A stretch of 64,000 nt of DNA from a virus (lineage: Duplodnaviria > Heunggongvirae > Uroviricota > Caudoviricetes). A model generated the notes under the pieces. It searched no databases and was not told the origin of the DNA. It saw nothing but the letters and a program-made list of their open reading frames with translations. Made by a program: the position numbers and the translations under genes. Every line of letters begins with the position of its first letter. Positions within the stretch are counted from its first letter, which is position 1. The stretch spans positions 32,001-96,000 of the IMG/VR virus record IMGVR_UViG_3300028888_000044; one strand, given 5' to 3'. Shown here piece by piece: positions 30,035 through 38,918 of this stretch.

Positions 30035-30496
30035 TCAGCACTTATAAACATATTCTTCCTTAATCAATTTTTTACAGTTTGCCAATTGTTCACTTAATCG
30101 TTTTCTGTCTTCCTCGATTTCATTTTTTTTAGATTTAGCCCATTCGTCCACTTCTGTCTTGATAGCATTCGGTTCAAACCATTTCAATGGGATATGTAGA
30201 GTACCAATACATTTATTGTAACTGTAACTATCACAAAGTTCAAACAATATTGTTTGAGGGCCAATTTTCTTACAATGTCCTAAAACTTTGCGTTTAGGGT
30301 TATATTCGCTTGTTAGAATTTTGCTGTTGAAATATTGACTATCCCCCAATTCTGTAACAAAAACATTATAAAATGAATCAAGCACTTGTTCACAATTAAG
30401 TTTGAGAGATTGTTCATAACCGTTCAACTCACTTCGTAACGATGTAATATTGGAATATAATGCCAATATATCATCTTTTTTTGGTAAAACTGTCAT
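30035..30496 (-). CDS. hypothetical protein, paralogue of 28976-29398
   Basis: Same shared motifs as its paralogue. Confidence 0.75.
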   Translation of the reverse strand: MTVLPKKDDILALYSNITSLRSELNGYEQSLKLNCEQVLDSFYNVFVTELGDSQYFNSKILTSEYNPKRKVLGHCKKIGPQTILFELCDSYSYNKCIGTLHIPLKWFEPNAIKTEVDEWAKSKKNEIEEDRKRLSEQLANCKKLIKEEYVYKC

Positions 30497-30533
30497 AATA
30501 TTTAATTTTTAACGTGATAAATTGCATATTCTT

Positions 30534-30953
30534 TCATAAACTCTCTACCCATTTATAAAATTCTTCCTCAAAAATGTCAAATTCTTGAATGAACTCGTCA
30601 ACGGCAAAATCAAGTTCTGCTAGCTTCTTAAAATCATTTAGAATAACAACATTACGGTTGACACAAATATTTGGAAGATATGTCCTTGACAAATATAAAC
30701 CATCAACTTGCATATCAGCGTCACGATAAGTAAATCCCATGTAGCTTGTTTTTGGTAGTGATACCGCTTTGTCGTAAAGTATGTTTGATTCTTGAAGTTC
30801 TTTCGCAATGCTAACAACAGCTTGAATCCTTTCTTTGTATTTATCCATCTTTGCAAGGATTTCGTTTTTATGCTTGTCGTACTCTGCTTTCAATTTTTGA
30901 ATTTTATTCAAAGCATTGTTCTTCTTTTGTTCTGTGGTTAGTGTTGTTACCAT
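30534..30953 (-). CDS. hypothetical early protein (paralogue family)
   Basis: LPKT..GF and F..EF..FE...Y..V..L shared with the two upstream genes. Confidence 0.75.
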   Translation of the reverse strand: MVTTLTTEQKKNNALNKIQKLKAEYDKHKNEILAKMDKYKERIQAVVSIAKELQESNILYDKAVSLPKTSYMGFTYRDADMQVDGLYLSRTYLPNICVNRNVVILNDFKKLAELDFAVDEFIQEFDIFEEEFYKWVESL

Positions 30954-30967
30954 AATGTTACTCCTTT

Positions 30968-31366
30968 TTATAAATCATTAACGTGGCTATAAACGATGTT
31001 CTCAAACGTATAAAATGCATCCAAAAACTCTTTTACAAACTTTTCAAGTTTTGATGGTTCATTTTCTGGAAAAGAAGATTCGTTTGCAATAGTACCGTCT
31101 GATTGAACAAGGTGGAAGTTGTTATACATTAAACCTTCAATACATTCTTTATTACTATATGTTGTCTTCTTAAATCTCATCCTATCGCTTGTCGGCAATG
31201 GAAATTGATGTGACAACAATGCGTTACCAATGTTAATTAATGCCTTAATATTATCTGCTAAAGAGGCTATTTTATTCAAAGCATCTTTACGTCTTTGATT
31301 ACGTTTGATAGCAGCGTTATCTATTTGGCTTAAAGCTATCTTCATCTTTTCTTCAATGTTGTCCAT
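30968..31366 (-). CDS. hypothetical early protein (tandem paralogue)
   Basis: Start at MDNIEEKMKIAL. Confidence 0.75.
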   Translation of the reverse strand: MDNIEEKMKIALSQIDNAAIKRNQRRKDALNKIASLADNIKALINIGNALLSHQFPLPTSDRMRFKKTTYSNKECIEGLMYNNFHLVQSDGTIANESSFPENEPSKLEKFVKEFLDAFYTFENIVYSHVNDL

Positions 31367-31379
31367 AATTTTATTTTTT

Positions 31380-31766
31380 TTATAATTTATCAATATAATC
31401 GTAAACACTCTTTTCAAACTTGTCAAGTTCAAGCAAGAAATTATCAACGAAATTATTAAGTGTCTTGAAGTCGTTATTAGAAATACTATGTGCTGTGGCT
31501 ACATAACCATCCTTGGTGATAATGTGAAAATTGTTATATATTAAAGAATCAATACAGCCTTTATCAGCATTAAATCCAATTTTATCTGTTTTAGGTAACT
31601 TATAATCGTTTTTAAGCAATGATTGCCCAACAATAATTAAAGCAGAGATATTGTCACTCTTTGCTTTAATCTTATTGAGGATTGCTATACGGTTTTGACT
31701 ACGGTTTGCTACAGCTTTGTCAATTTTTGCCAACGCCTTATACATCTTCTCTTCAATCTCGTTCAT
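31380..31766 (-). CDS. hypothetical early protein (tandem paralogue)
   Basis: MNEIEEKMYKAL; colinear with 30968-31366. Confidence 0.8.
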   Translation of the reverse strand: MNEIEEKMYKALAKIDKAVANRSQNRIAILNKIKAKSDNISALIIVGQSLLKNDYKLPKTDKIGFNADKGCIDSLIYNNFHIITKDGYVATAHSISNNDFKTLNNFVDNFLLELDKFEKSVYDYIDKL

Positions 31767-31795
31767 AATTTTTATAGTATTTGTTTATTATAGTG

Positions 31796-31827
31796 CAAAT
31801 ATATTCATAATTCAGAGACAAACCAAA
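31796..31827 (-). promoter_or_regulatory. Bacteroidota primary-sigma promoter
   Basis: Minus strand TTTG-N20-TATATTTG. Confidence 0.8.
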
Positions 31828-31911
31828 TTTTTGAATGATTTTAACTATAATTTAACATTTTTTACGTGTCAAACACTATTTATTACTGTATAATGTATAA
31901 TAATAGTCACG

Positions 31912-32298
31912 ATGTTCAAGTATCCGAAGTATTTAAGGTCACTTTTCGATTATATGGAAAAGAATGGCTATACAAGTAAACCGTATCCAAAAGTTCACAT
32001 AAACAATACCAAACAAAAAGAGGATTTGTTTATAACTACTGGGTATTATGATAATGAAAAGGACGAAATTGTATTGTTCGTTAACGGCAGACACCCAAAA
32101 GATGTATTAAGGACGTTTGCCCACGAACTCATACATTGGAATCAGAGAAGAAAGGGTATCTTGAATGACGATGACGGTAAAACTACAAGTCTTGATGACA
32201 AGAGGCTTGAAAAACTTGAGGCTGAAGCATATGAAAAGGGTAATATAGGCTTCAGAAAGTGGACAGAATATTATCAACGCAAAATGGGTAAAGAATAA
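31912..32298 (+). CDS. zincin-like metallopeptidase
   Basis: FAHELIH (HExxH) with downstream EAEA. Confidence 0.7.
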   Translation: MFKYPKYLRSLFDYMEKNGYTSKPYPKVHINNTKQKEDLFITTGYYDNEKDEIVLFVNGRHPKDVLRTFAHELIHWNQRRKGILNDDDGKTTSLDDKRLEKLEAEAYEKGNIGFRKWTEYYQRKMGKE

Positions 32299-32301
32299 AT
32301 T

Positions 32302-32829
32302 ATGGCAAATAATAATAATACACCGATTAAGATGCTACAATTCCTAAGGATTAGTAACATTTATGATAGTAAAGAAACTGCTATAGAAGCATTAAACAAC
32401 ATCACAAACAGCTCTATGGGTAAGCGTCTTGAAGATGGTACACCTATCTTAGCTCGATTTGGCTCGATAGACAAACCATCGACATTAATGGGTATATTTT
32501 TTAAAGGAGAAGGCAATGCTTTTGTAACAATTATTGAAGGTCGAGATGATATATACAATATACTTAATGATTTGTATGGTATCACTGACGATTTAGGGGA
32601 CCAAATAAGCAACGTAAGGGGTGAATTGGTAACAATTAATAGTGAAATTGATGGACTTAAGGAAGTTGATAGATTATTACAAGATGAAATAGACATCCTT
32701 ATTGCAAAAAAAATGGTTATAGAATCAAACCCAGATAATGATTATATAACAATTTCAAGTTCTACAGTTGGTAACATTACTACATATATCATTAATGAAA
32801 CCCATGAATTCGATATGGGTACGTGGTAA
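32302..32829 (+). CDS. short fibre-like protein
   Basis: LQF..E.AI...P.L..G N-domain resembling the 61533 ORF; coiled coil. Confidence 0.55.
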   Translation: MANNNNTPIKMLQFLRISNIYDSKETAIEALNNITNSSMGKRLEDGTPILARFGSIDKPSTLMGIFFKGEGNAFVTIIEGRDDIYNILNDLYGITDDLGDQISNVRGELVTINSEIDGLKEVDRLLQDEIDILIAKKMVIESNPDNDYITISSSTVGNITTYIINETHEFDMGTW

Positions 32830-32856
32830 AATAATATATTAAAAATTTGAAATTTT

Positions 32857-33237
32857 ATGAAAAAAAATATAAGATTAACAGAAAATGACATTCGTAAAAT
32901 AGTTAAGAATTCTCTACAAAGAATATTAAATGAGGATGTTGATGAAAGTATTGGTGACAGATTCAAAGGAATGTATCAAGGCTTTAAGCAAGGCGCTAAT
33001 TCAATGAATTCAGCTAATAGAAAAGCTACTGACTATGACCAACTGCACTATGGAAAGCAAGGAGAAGTTGAAAGATATGGGCAAAATAGAAGAGACTATG
33101 ATAACGTAAATTTGGCAAAGAGAAATATTTGGAACGCTATGAGTTGCTTGCATCAAGTCAAGAAAGAATGGGTGCGCAATTATTTTATGCAATTAAGCAA
33201 AATATATGATGACCTCAAAAGAATTAATAGATACTAA
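32857..33237 (+). CDS. RLTEND-leader protein (putative internal head protein)
   Basis: MKKNIRLTENDIRKIVKNSLQRILNE. Confidence 0.7.
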   Translation: MKKNIRLTENDIRKIVKNSLQRILNEDVDESIGDRFKGMYQGFKQGANSMNSANRKATDYDQLHYGKQGEVERYGQNRRDYDNVNLAKRNIWNAMSCLHQVKKEWVRNYFMQLSKIYDDLKRINRY

Positions 33238-33272
33238 AAAAAAAGGCACTATGTAATATAGTGTCTTTTTTT

Positions 33273-33947
33273 TCATAATACTCCTTTCATTAAGTTATAC
33301 TCCCTATTGCGTCTCCCCACATGAGTCTGACAAGTGATATTGGCTGTCTTGACAGCACTCAAAGTATAGTTATAATCAGATTGGTTGATATTGTTGTCAT
33401 TGAATCGGCATCTGTTAAGACGAGCATAGAACTCTGACTTTCTGACACCACCCTCGCCACAATTGTAAATCAATGAACCAAGCCCATCAACAAAATCTTG
33501 TGAAAACGTGTATGGAAATGATGATAGAAGAGAATTGATTGACGTGTTAACCCACGCAATATCCTTCGCAAACAATGCCTCTGCCTCTTCTACAGTAATT
33601 GTCTGTCCTTTCTTCACATCAGTTCCGTGATGCCCATATCCGATTGAATATCCATTAGTGTCCCAATAAGCTGTAAGATTGCAAGATTCCTCTTTCCTTA
33701 TGAAATTCATACCATTTGTTGAAACCTTGTACTTCGTAGATACAAGCTTCTTTGCTTCAGTCTTCTTTGGTTTAGCCTTCGTCTTTGTCACAGTAGGCTC
33801 TTCAACAATAGGCTTTTCGACATACATTGTATCGGTGGCATACTGAACCAAGGACAATGAATACTTCAAGCCATTTGTAAGACCAACATAATAGCTCACT
33901 ACAATCGCCAAAACAATAAAAATTGTAAGATAAATTTTGTTACTCAT
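33273..33947 (-). CDS. GH24 phage lysozyme with N-terminal membrane anchor
   Basis: FIRKEESCNLTAYWDTNGYSIGYGH, LIYNCG, RRNRE. Confidence 0.85.
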   Translation of the reverse strand: MSNKIYLTIFIVLAIVVSYYVGLTNGLKYSLSLVQYATDTMYVEKPIVEEPTVTKTKAKPKKTEAKKLVSTKYKVSTNGMNFIRKEESCNLTAYWDTNGYSIGYGHHGTDVKKGQTITVEEAEALFAKDIAWVNTSINSLLSSFPYTFSQDFVDGLGSLIYNCGEGGVRKSEFYARLNRCRFNDNNINQSDYNYTLSAVKTANITCQTHVGRRNREYNLMKGVL

Positions 33948-33972
33948 TCGATTTTTGTTTTAAATTGTTGTG

Positions 33973-34004
33973 CAAAGATAAAACAAAAAAATGAGAATTA
34001 CAAA
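33973..34004 (-). promoter_or_regulatory. Bacteroidota primary-sigma promoter
   Basis: Minus strand TTTG-N20-TATCTTTG upstream of the lysozyme. Confidence 0.8.
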
Positions 34005-34035
34005 TTTAAATTGTTAAAAAATATAAAGACAAAAA

Positions 34036-34878
34036 TTATATATCAAAAAAATGAGGCTTTTCTATTTGAACCCAATCATTATCATACCAAATTCCTTTTC
34101 TCTTGTCAAGTATGCACCATATTGGGGTGTCTTTATATGTGGTTACAACAATTGATTTACCATCATTCCAATATTGTCCGCAATAACCATATTTTTTCAT
34201 AGCGATAGGAAGACTTAATCTTTCAGCATTGGTTTCAAAATCATAAAAATCTGATTGTGGAATCAAGCAATAATATTTATAAGTACCACTATTGCTTGGG
34301 TCGCTTCCACTGTCCTTGCTACCCCAAAAATATTTACCAATATCACTGTTGTTTGAATACGTATTGGTTACACCCTTTTTGATATAACCGTCAGTTATTT
34401 TATATGATGAATCGTGATGCAACAATAGGAGATTATCATCAATTATAACCATATTAGACATAAATTCATTATGTTTGCTTTCAACTTCTTCTTTTGACTT
34501 TCTCTTACCAAGAAACATTTCACCGAATTCATCATCTTCATGTTCTGGATATATTTTTATACGCTCCTTATAAATTGATGGTATCGAATCTGTCTGATTA
34601 CCACTTCCATCAGGATTTTCAGTATATCTTACATCATTGATTTCTCTACCATATAGCATTTCCTTTTTTGGATTAACCATTACATAAACCTTATTTTTAC
34701 TATCATCATCAAACCAAGGATAATAAGGAATTTCACCAACGCAAATGTATCCACTTGTATCAACGTCACCAAACATTTCATTAATCAAATGCCTATTATA
34801 TGTTTCTTTTATCTCTCTAACGCAATATTTTACAATCCTATGTAAATCATTTTCTGTCAATCTAATTATTCTTTTCAT
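34036..34878 (-). CDS. RLTEND-leader protein with possible ART-like C-domain
   Basis: MKRIIRLTENDLHRIVK; LLHHDS...GKYFW...YD...GYCG. Confidence 0.65.
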   Translation of the reverse strand: MKRIIRLTENDLHRIVKYCVREIKETYNRHLINEMFGDVDTSGYICVGEIPYYPWFDDDSKNKVYVMVNPKKEMLYGREINDVRYTENPDGSGNQTDSIPSIYKERIKIYPEHEDDEFGEMFLGKRKSKEEVESKHNEFMSNMVIIDDNLLLLHHDSSYKITDGYIKKGVTNTYSNNSDIGKYFWGSKDSGSDPSNSGTYKYYCLIPQSDFYDFETNAERLSLPIAMKKYGYCGQYWNDGKSIVVTTYKDTPIWCILDKRKGIWYDNDWVQIEKPHFFDI

Positions 34879-34934
34879 ATATTTAAAAAGTACCTTTTAT
34901 ACTAAATATCACAAAAATGGCAATAGATAATATT

Positions 34935-36140
34935 CTATTGCCAAATTGCATCGTGTACAAAGTATTTTAAGCCATCAACAAGGTCGAAACGTTCCCAAGG
35001 GTACATAAGTTTATTATGCTCGTCTTCCATTTCCTCTTCAGTCATTCCATAGTATCCGTTAATTGCCGAATTTGCATAACGGCATACCGTTGGGTCAAAA
35101 CGCTTGATTATATTATGTGGTTCAAGACCTACATTTTTCTTAACCCATTCAACAAGTGGTTTTTCCAAATGCTTGTTTCTATTAAGTGTAATGTTTACTG
35201 AAGTTGGTTCAACAACGCCTATTGAATATGAGATGTCAACCCCACAAGTGTCTGCAATATCAGCAGCAACAATATTCTTGGCTATGTAACGACACATCAT
35301 ATTTCCACTGTAATCAAGTTTTGAAATATCCTTTCCATTGAGTCCACCTCCAGAAATTCTATATGCACTTGATGTCTGATTGCAAGCCAATTTCCTATTG
35401 CACATTCCACAATCAGATATGCTTCCGCCAATCCTCCAAGTTCCAGCTGGATTTACATCAATAATAACCTCTTCAGTTATAAATTTTTCAAAAATATCAG
35501 TATTAAGGTTGATTCTATTAGTTAGAATTGCTTCTGTAATGTAATTTCTTACAGTAGCAAGATTGCACTGATGCATAGCTGAAACTAAAATTGAAATAAC
35601 CCTTTTGGGTTCTATTCCATCATATTCAATAACAACTTGCGATTTAGCATCTGGTCCTATTTCCAATTCAGTTTGCGTATTAATGAAATTACATATATGC
35701 TTTGTTATGTAGCAACCAAGAGGCATAAATGTTTCGGTTTCTTTTGTTGCATAACCACACATAAACCCTTGGTCTGAACCAGCAATTACATCATCTGAAA
35801 TATCGACAGCATTGTGAATTTCCATTGACTGTTTACCAATGAGATTAATAATCTTTATTTCATTTGGTGATAGGTGGTGATTTTCTGGATATTTGATTTT
35901 TTCAAATACAGAACGTACAACTCTGTCATAATCAACAACTGTATTTGAATATACTTCACCACCAATGACAACAATGTTGTCCTTCATCATTACCTCAATA
36001 CCGCAACGCGATTTACTATCACCCTTCACAAACGCATCTACAAGCGAATTAGCTATTATATCACAAACTGCGTCTGGATGTCCATTTGAAACTTGTTCTA
36101 CAGCAATAACATAATTATCAAAATTTATTTGTTTAACCAT
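34935..36140 (-). CDS. metK: S-adenosylmethionine synthetase (divergent)
   Basis: GHPD, GSDQGFMCGYA, DAKSQV, DCG..RK, GGGLNGKD.SK.D, RYIAKNIVAA. Confidence 0.9.
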   Translation of the reverse strand: MVKQINFDNYVIAVEQVSNGHPDAVCDIIANSLVDAFVKGDSKSRCGIEVMMKDNIVVIGGEVYSNTVVDYDRVVRSVFEKIKYPENHHLSPNEIKIINLIGKQSMEIHNAVDISDDVIAGSDQGFMCGYATKETETFMPLGCYITKHICNFINTQTELEIGPDAKSQVVIEYDGIEPKRVISILVSAMHQCNLATVRNYITEAILTNRINLNTDIFEKFITEEVIIDVNPAGTWRIGGSISDCGMCNRKLACNQTSSAYRISGGGLNGKDISKLDYSGNMMCRYIAKNIVAADIADTCGVDISYSIGVVEPTSVNITLNRNKHLEKPLVEWVKKNVGLEPHNIIKRFDPTVCRYANSAINGYYGMTEEEMEDEHNKLMYPWERFDLVDGLKYFVHDAIWQ

Positions 36141-36141
36141 T

Positions 36142-37281
36142 TTAATTCCTATTTATACAATTATATGCGTTATTTGTCACTAAAATAATCCGTGATTTTT
36201 CATACATATCCTTTACATCAAAGCAGTCAATATAACTCATTGTAGACCGCAAAGCGTGTATCATCTTTTCTGACCATTCCTTGACAGTACCATCAACTGT
36301 ATACCATTTCTCCATTCCTTCTTCAACTTTGGTATCAACACCCATATCGTTTTGACCTCTATTTGATGCCATACCGTAGAATGACTTCATAAATGAAACT
36401 TGCTTGTCTCCAATAAAGAATCGTCCATTACCCTTATATTGAAAGTCATCTCTATTCATTAACTGAAGTCCGTCAATAACCTCATTACGGTCTTCTAACC
36501 CAAGAGCTAATGCACTAGAAAAGAAACTCGTACAAGGAGAAGCACTTTCAAGTTTTCTACCAAGAACACTTCCAATCATTACAAAATCAGCACCAAGGCA
36601 CAATGCCTTCGACACATCACCAAAGTCCCTTATACCGCCATCAGCCACTATATATGGGCATTTTGCGTGTGGATTACCAAACAATAGCTTCTCCTTTTCA
36701 ATTATTGTATCAGCGATAAGACTTGCGATTGGATAATTTACTCCAGTAATTGGGGTTGTAGTACAGCCATCGCCACCACCTATATTAAGCCGAACATAGT
36801 CAACACCAGCTTTTGCTGCATAATAATATGTGGATGGATTTGCAATGTTTCCTACCATCAGTACAAGCTTGTCACCATAGTGCTTTTTGGCAAGTTCGAC
36901 TTTCTTGTATAACTCTTCCATATGTCCATTTGCCATGTCAACCAAAACGAATGCTTTGTTCTCAATATATGTATGATTTGCACAGAAGAATGTGTCAAAT
37001 TCTTCAAGTGAAAAAGCTGCCCATTTCCCTTGCTTTGCAAATTCCAATCTCATTTCAACCTTATACTTTTTGTCACGAGGAAGTATTGGAATTATCTTGT
37101 TTGATTCGAACATTTCAAAATTCTCCAAACTGACAACACTAGTCATAGGCGCAGCAAATATTGGAAGCATTCCATTCTTGAATGGATTAATGTCACCTCT
37201 GTGTCTAACCTTGCTTATTGCTGCTGGGACAATTGAAATGTCGTTATAAGCATATTTAAATTCTTTTTCTATTTTTCCCAT
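36142..37281 (-). CDS. GMP reductase / IMP dehydrogenase family protein
   Basis: DMANGH, IGGGDGCTT, IVADGGI, GADFVMIG, FYGMAS; start at MGKIEKE. Confidence 0.85.
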   Translation of the reverse strand: MGKIEKEFKYAYNDISIVPAAISKVRHRGDINPFKNGMLPIFAAPMTSVVSLENFEMFESNKIIPILPRDKKYKVEMRLEFAKQGKWAAFSLEEFDTFFCANHTYIENKAFVLVDMANGHMEELYKKVELAKKHYGDKLVLMVGNIANPSTYYYAAKAGVDYVRLNIGGGDGCTTTPITGVNYPIASLIADTIIEKEKLLFGNPHAKCPYIVADGGIRDFGDVSKALCLGADFVMIGSVLGRKLESASPCTSFFSSALALGLEDRNEVIDGLQLMNRDDFQYKGNGRFFIGDKQVSFMKSFYGMASNRGQNDMGVDTKVEEGMEKWYTVDGTVKEWSEKMIHALRSTMSYIDCFDVKDMYEKSRIILVTNNAYNCINRN

Positions 37282-37285
37282 AATG

Positions 37286-37966
37286 TCACTTGTCTTTTTT
37301 GTCAGTACTACCAAATCCGTTTGTTCCTCTCTCCGAATCAGAAAGTTCGTCAACTACCTCAATCTTTATTGTCGGACAATTGAACAGAACCATCTGTCCT
37401 ACTCTATCACCAACTTTGTATGGTGCATATTCAAGATTTTCTGCCTTATGTAGTATTTCATTCGCTGTTTGGCTATATGCATCCATTGCCGTATCATAAG
37501 CCCAAGAAATTGTTCTTTGCCATTCTTTTGGGGTTCCATCCCAAAGATGTAAACAATTGATAAAAGCAGAGTTATAAACACGTTGACCCATAATCTCCAT
37601 ATAAGTCTTTAAGCTTGTCCTGTTCTTGTATCTGAACTGTATTTCACCTCTATATATTGCACAGTCAGCAATACCTACACTATTAGTTAAATAGGCTTCC
37701 TTCTTAGAATTTCCACTTCTGGGAAACAAGAATTGCCCAATGTTGAAATTAGATTCGAATGCCAAACCAGTGTGATAAATATACGTGTCTGTTTTATCGT
37801 CATACTCCACACTGATTGCTGTCATATCCATACCTATGTCACCTTTATGTGCATAGGATGGTATGACAGCTTTTTCGTCCAATTTCTTCAACTTAATCCA
37901 AATAGTTGGCTCCTTTTTCTTGATACCAAATAATTTCTTAAAATCGAAAAAAATCCTTAAATCCAT
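37286..37966 (-). CDS. dut: trimeric dUTPase with internal insertion
   Basis: GDIGMD, PRSG, NSVGIAD..YRGEI, GDRVGQ, RGTNGFGST. Confidence 0.88.
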   Translation of the reverse strand: MDLRIFFDFKKLFGIKKKEPTIWIKLKKLDEKAVIPSYAHKGDIGMDMTAISVEYDDKTDTYIYHTGLAFESNFNIGQFLFPRSGNSKKEAYLTNSVGIADCAIYRGEIQFRYKNRTSLKTYMEIMGQRVYNSAFINCLHLWDGTPKEWQRTISWAYDTAMDAYSQTANEILHKAENLEYAPYKVGDRVGQMVLFNCPTIKIEVVDELSDSERGTNGFGSTDKKDK

Positions 37967-37972
37967 ATTAAA

Positions 37973-38542
37973 TTACTCTTTGAAAATGCTTGTAGTTGTT
38001 ACAAGCTCATTAGCTTGCCTAATGACAACAGACAACGGATTCGCAAAAATCCTCGCTTGCTCATCATCTACCTTGTCAATGATGGTCATTGCTTCAACTT
38101 CAACTTCAGTCAAAGGTACGTTCATTTGTATTGCAATAGCAAGAGACCTTGCACCTAATTTCAATGCAAGTTTCTTGTTGCTATACTTATATTTTCTACC
38201 CAACTTGTTGATTTCCCACTCGTTATCATTTGGAATAAACATATCTGCCTTTGCAAGATGCTGAAGCAGACACACCTTTACTATTGATGCCTTTTCACAT
38301 CTTAAATTTTCTGGTAACAAATCATTGATTTTCAAGGCAAAAGGAGTTAATACCCTTAAAACCGTATTAAGAAGTGAACCGTCATATGCAAGTCCGCTTA
38401 TTGTATCTATTGCATATGGCGCGTTGATTAATTTGTCATATAAAATACTTTCTATCTTATCTGAATCAATCCCCAAATCACCAAGTTTCTTCTTAAACAA
38501 CTCGTAATTTTTAAACCTTGCTTCTTCGCTTAATTCACACAT
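37973..38542 (-). CDS. HD-fold-like protein with degenerate HD motif
   Basis: VKVCLLQHLAK in place of LLHDxGK; VIRQANE. Confidence 0.5.
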   Translation of the reverse strand: MCELSEEARFKNYELFKKKLGDLGIDSDKIESILYDKLINAPYAIDTISGLAYDGSLLNTVLRVLTPFALKINDLLPENLRCEKASIVKVCLLQHLAKADMFIPNDNEWEINKLGRKYKYSNKKLALKLGARSLAIAIQMNVPLTEVEVEAMTIIDKVDDEQARIFANPLSVVIRQANELVTTTSIFKE

Positions 38543-38562
38543 ATTATTATTCGTTTAAATTG

Positions 38563-38787
38563 TTATTCATATTTACGTTTGGGAAATTTGTTATGCCATT
38601 TGCCATAACCAGTAGGGCTACCATCTTTGAATCTTGATGGGGCGCATTCTGAACATAATTTTTTACCCTTGAATTCCTCTCCAACATCACACCAATCAGC
38701 TTTATCAGCATTTTCTTCTGCAAGCCAATACCATCCAAGTGCTGTATTCTCGCAACATCCGCACTTTTCACATTTGAATAATCCCAT
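38563..38787 (-). CDS. small zinc-binding phage protein
   Basis: CEKCGCCENTA...LCSEC. Confidence 0.7.
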   Translation of the reverse strand: MGLFKCEKCGCCENTALGWYWLAEENADKADWCDVGEEFKGKKLCSECAPSRFKDGSPTGYGKWHNKFPKRKYE

Positions 38788-38918
38788 ATTGTTTCAGTCG
38801 TTTTGCATAGTGAGTATATAAAAAATGTTAAAAAAACAAAAAAAATTCCGTGAATATTATCAAATACTCACGGAACTTTTTAAATCAAATATATATTTGT
38901 GGAACTGAATATCATTGT

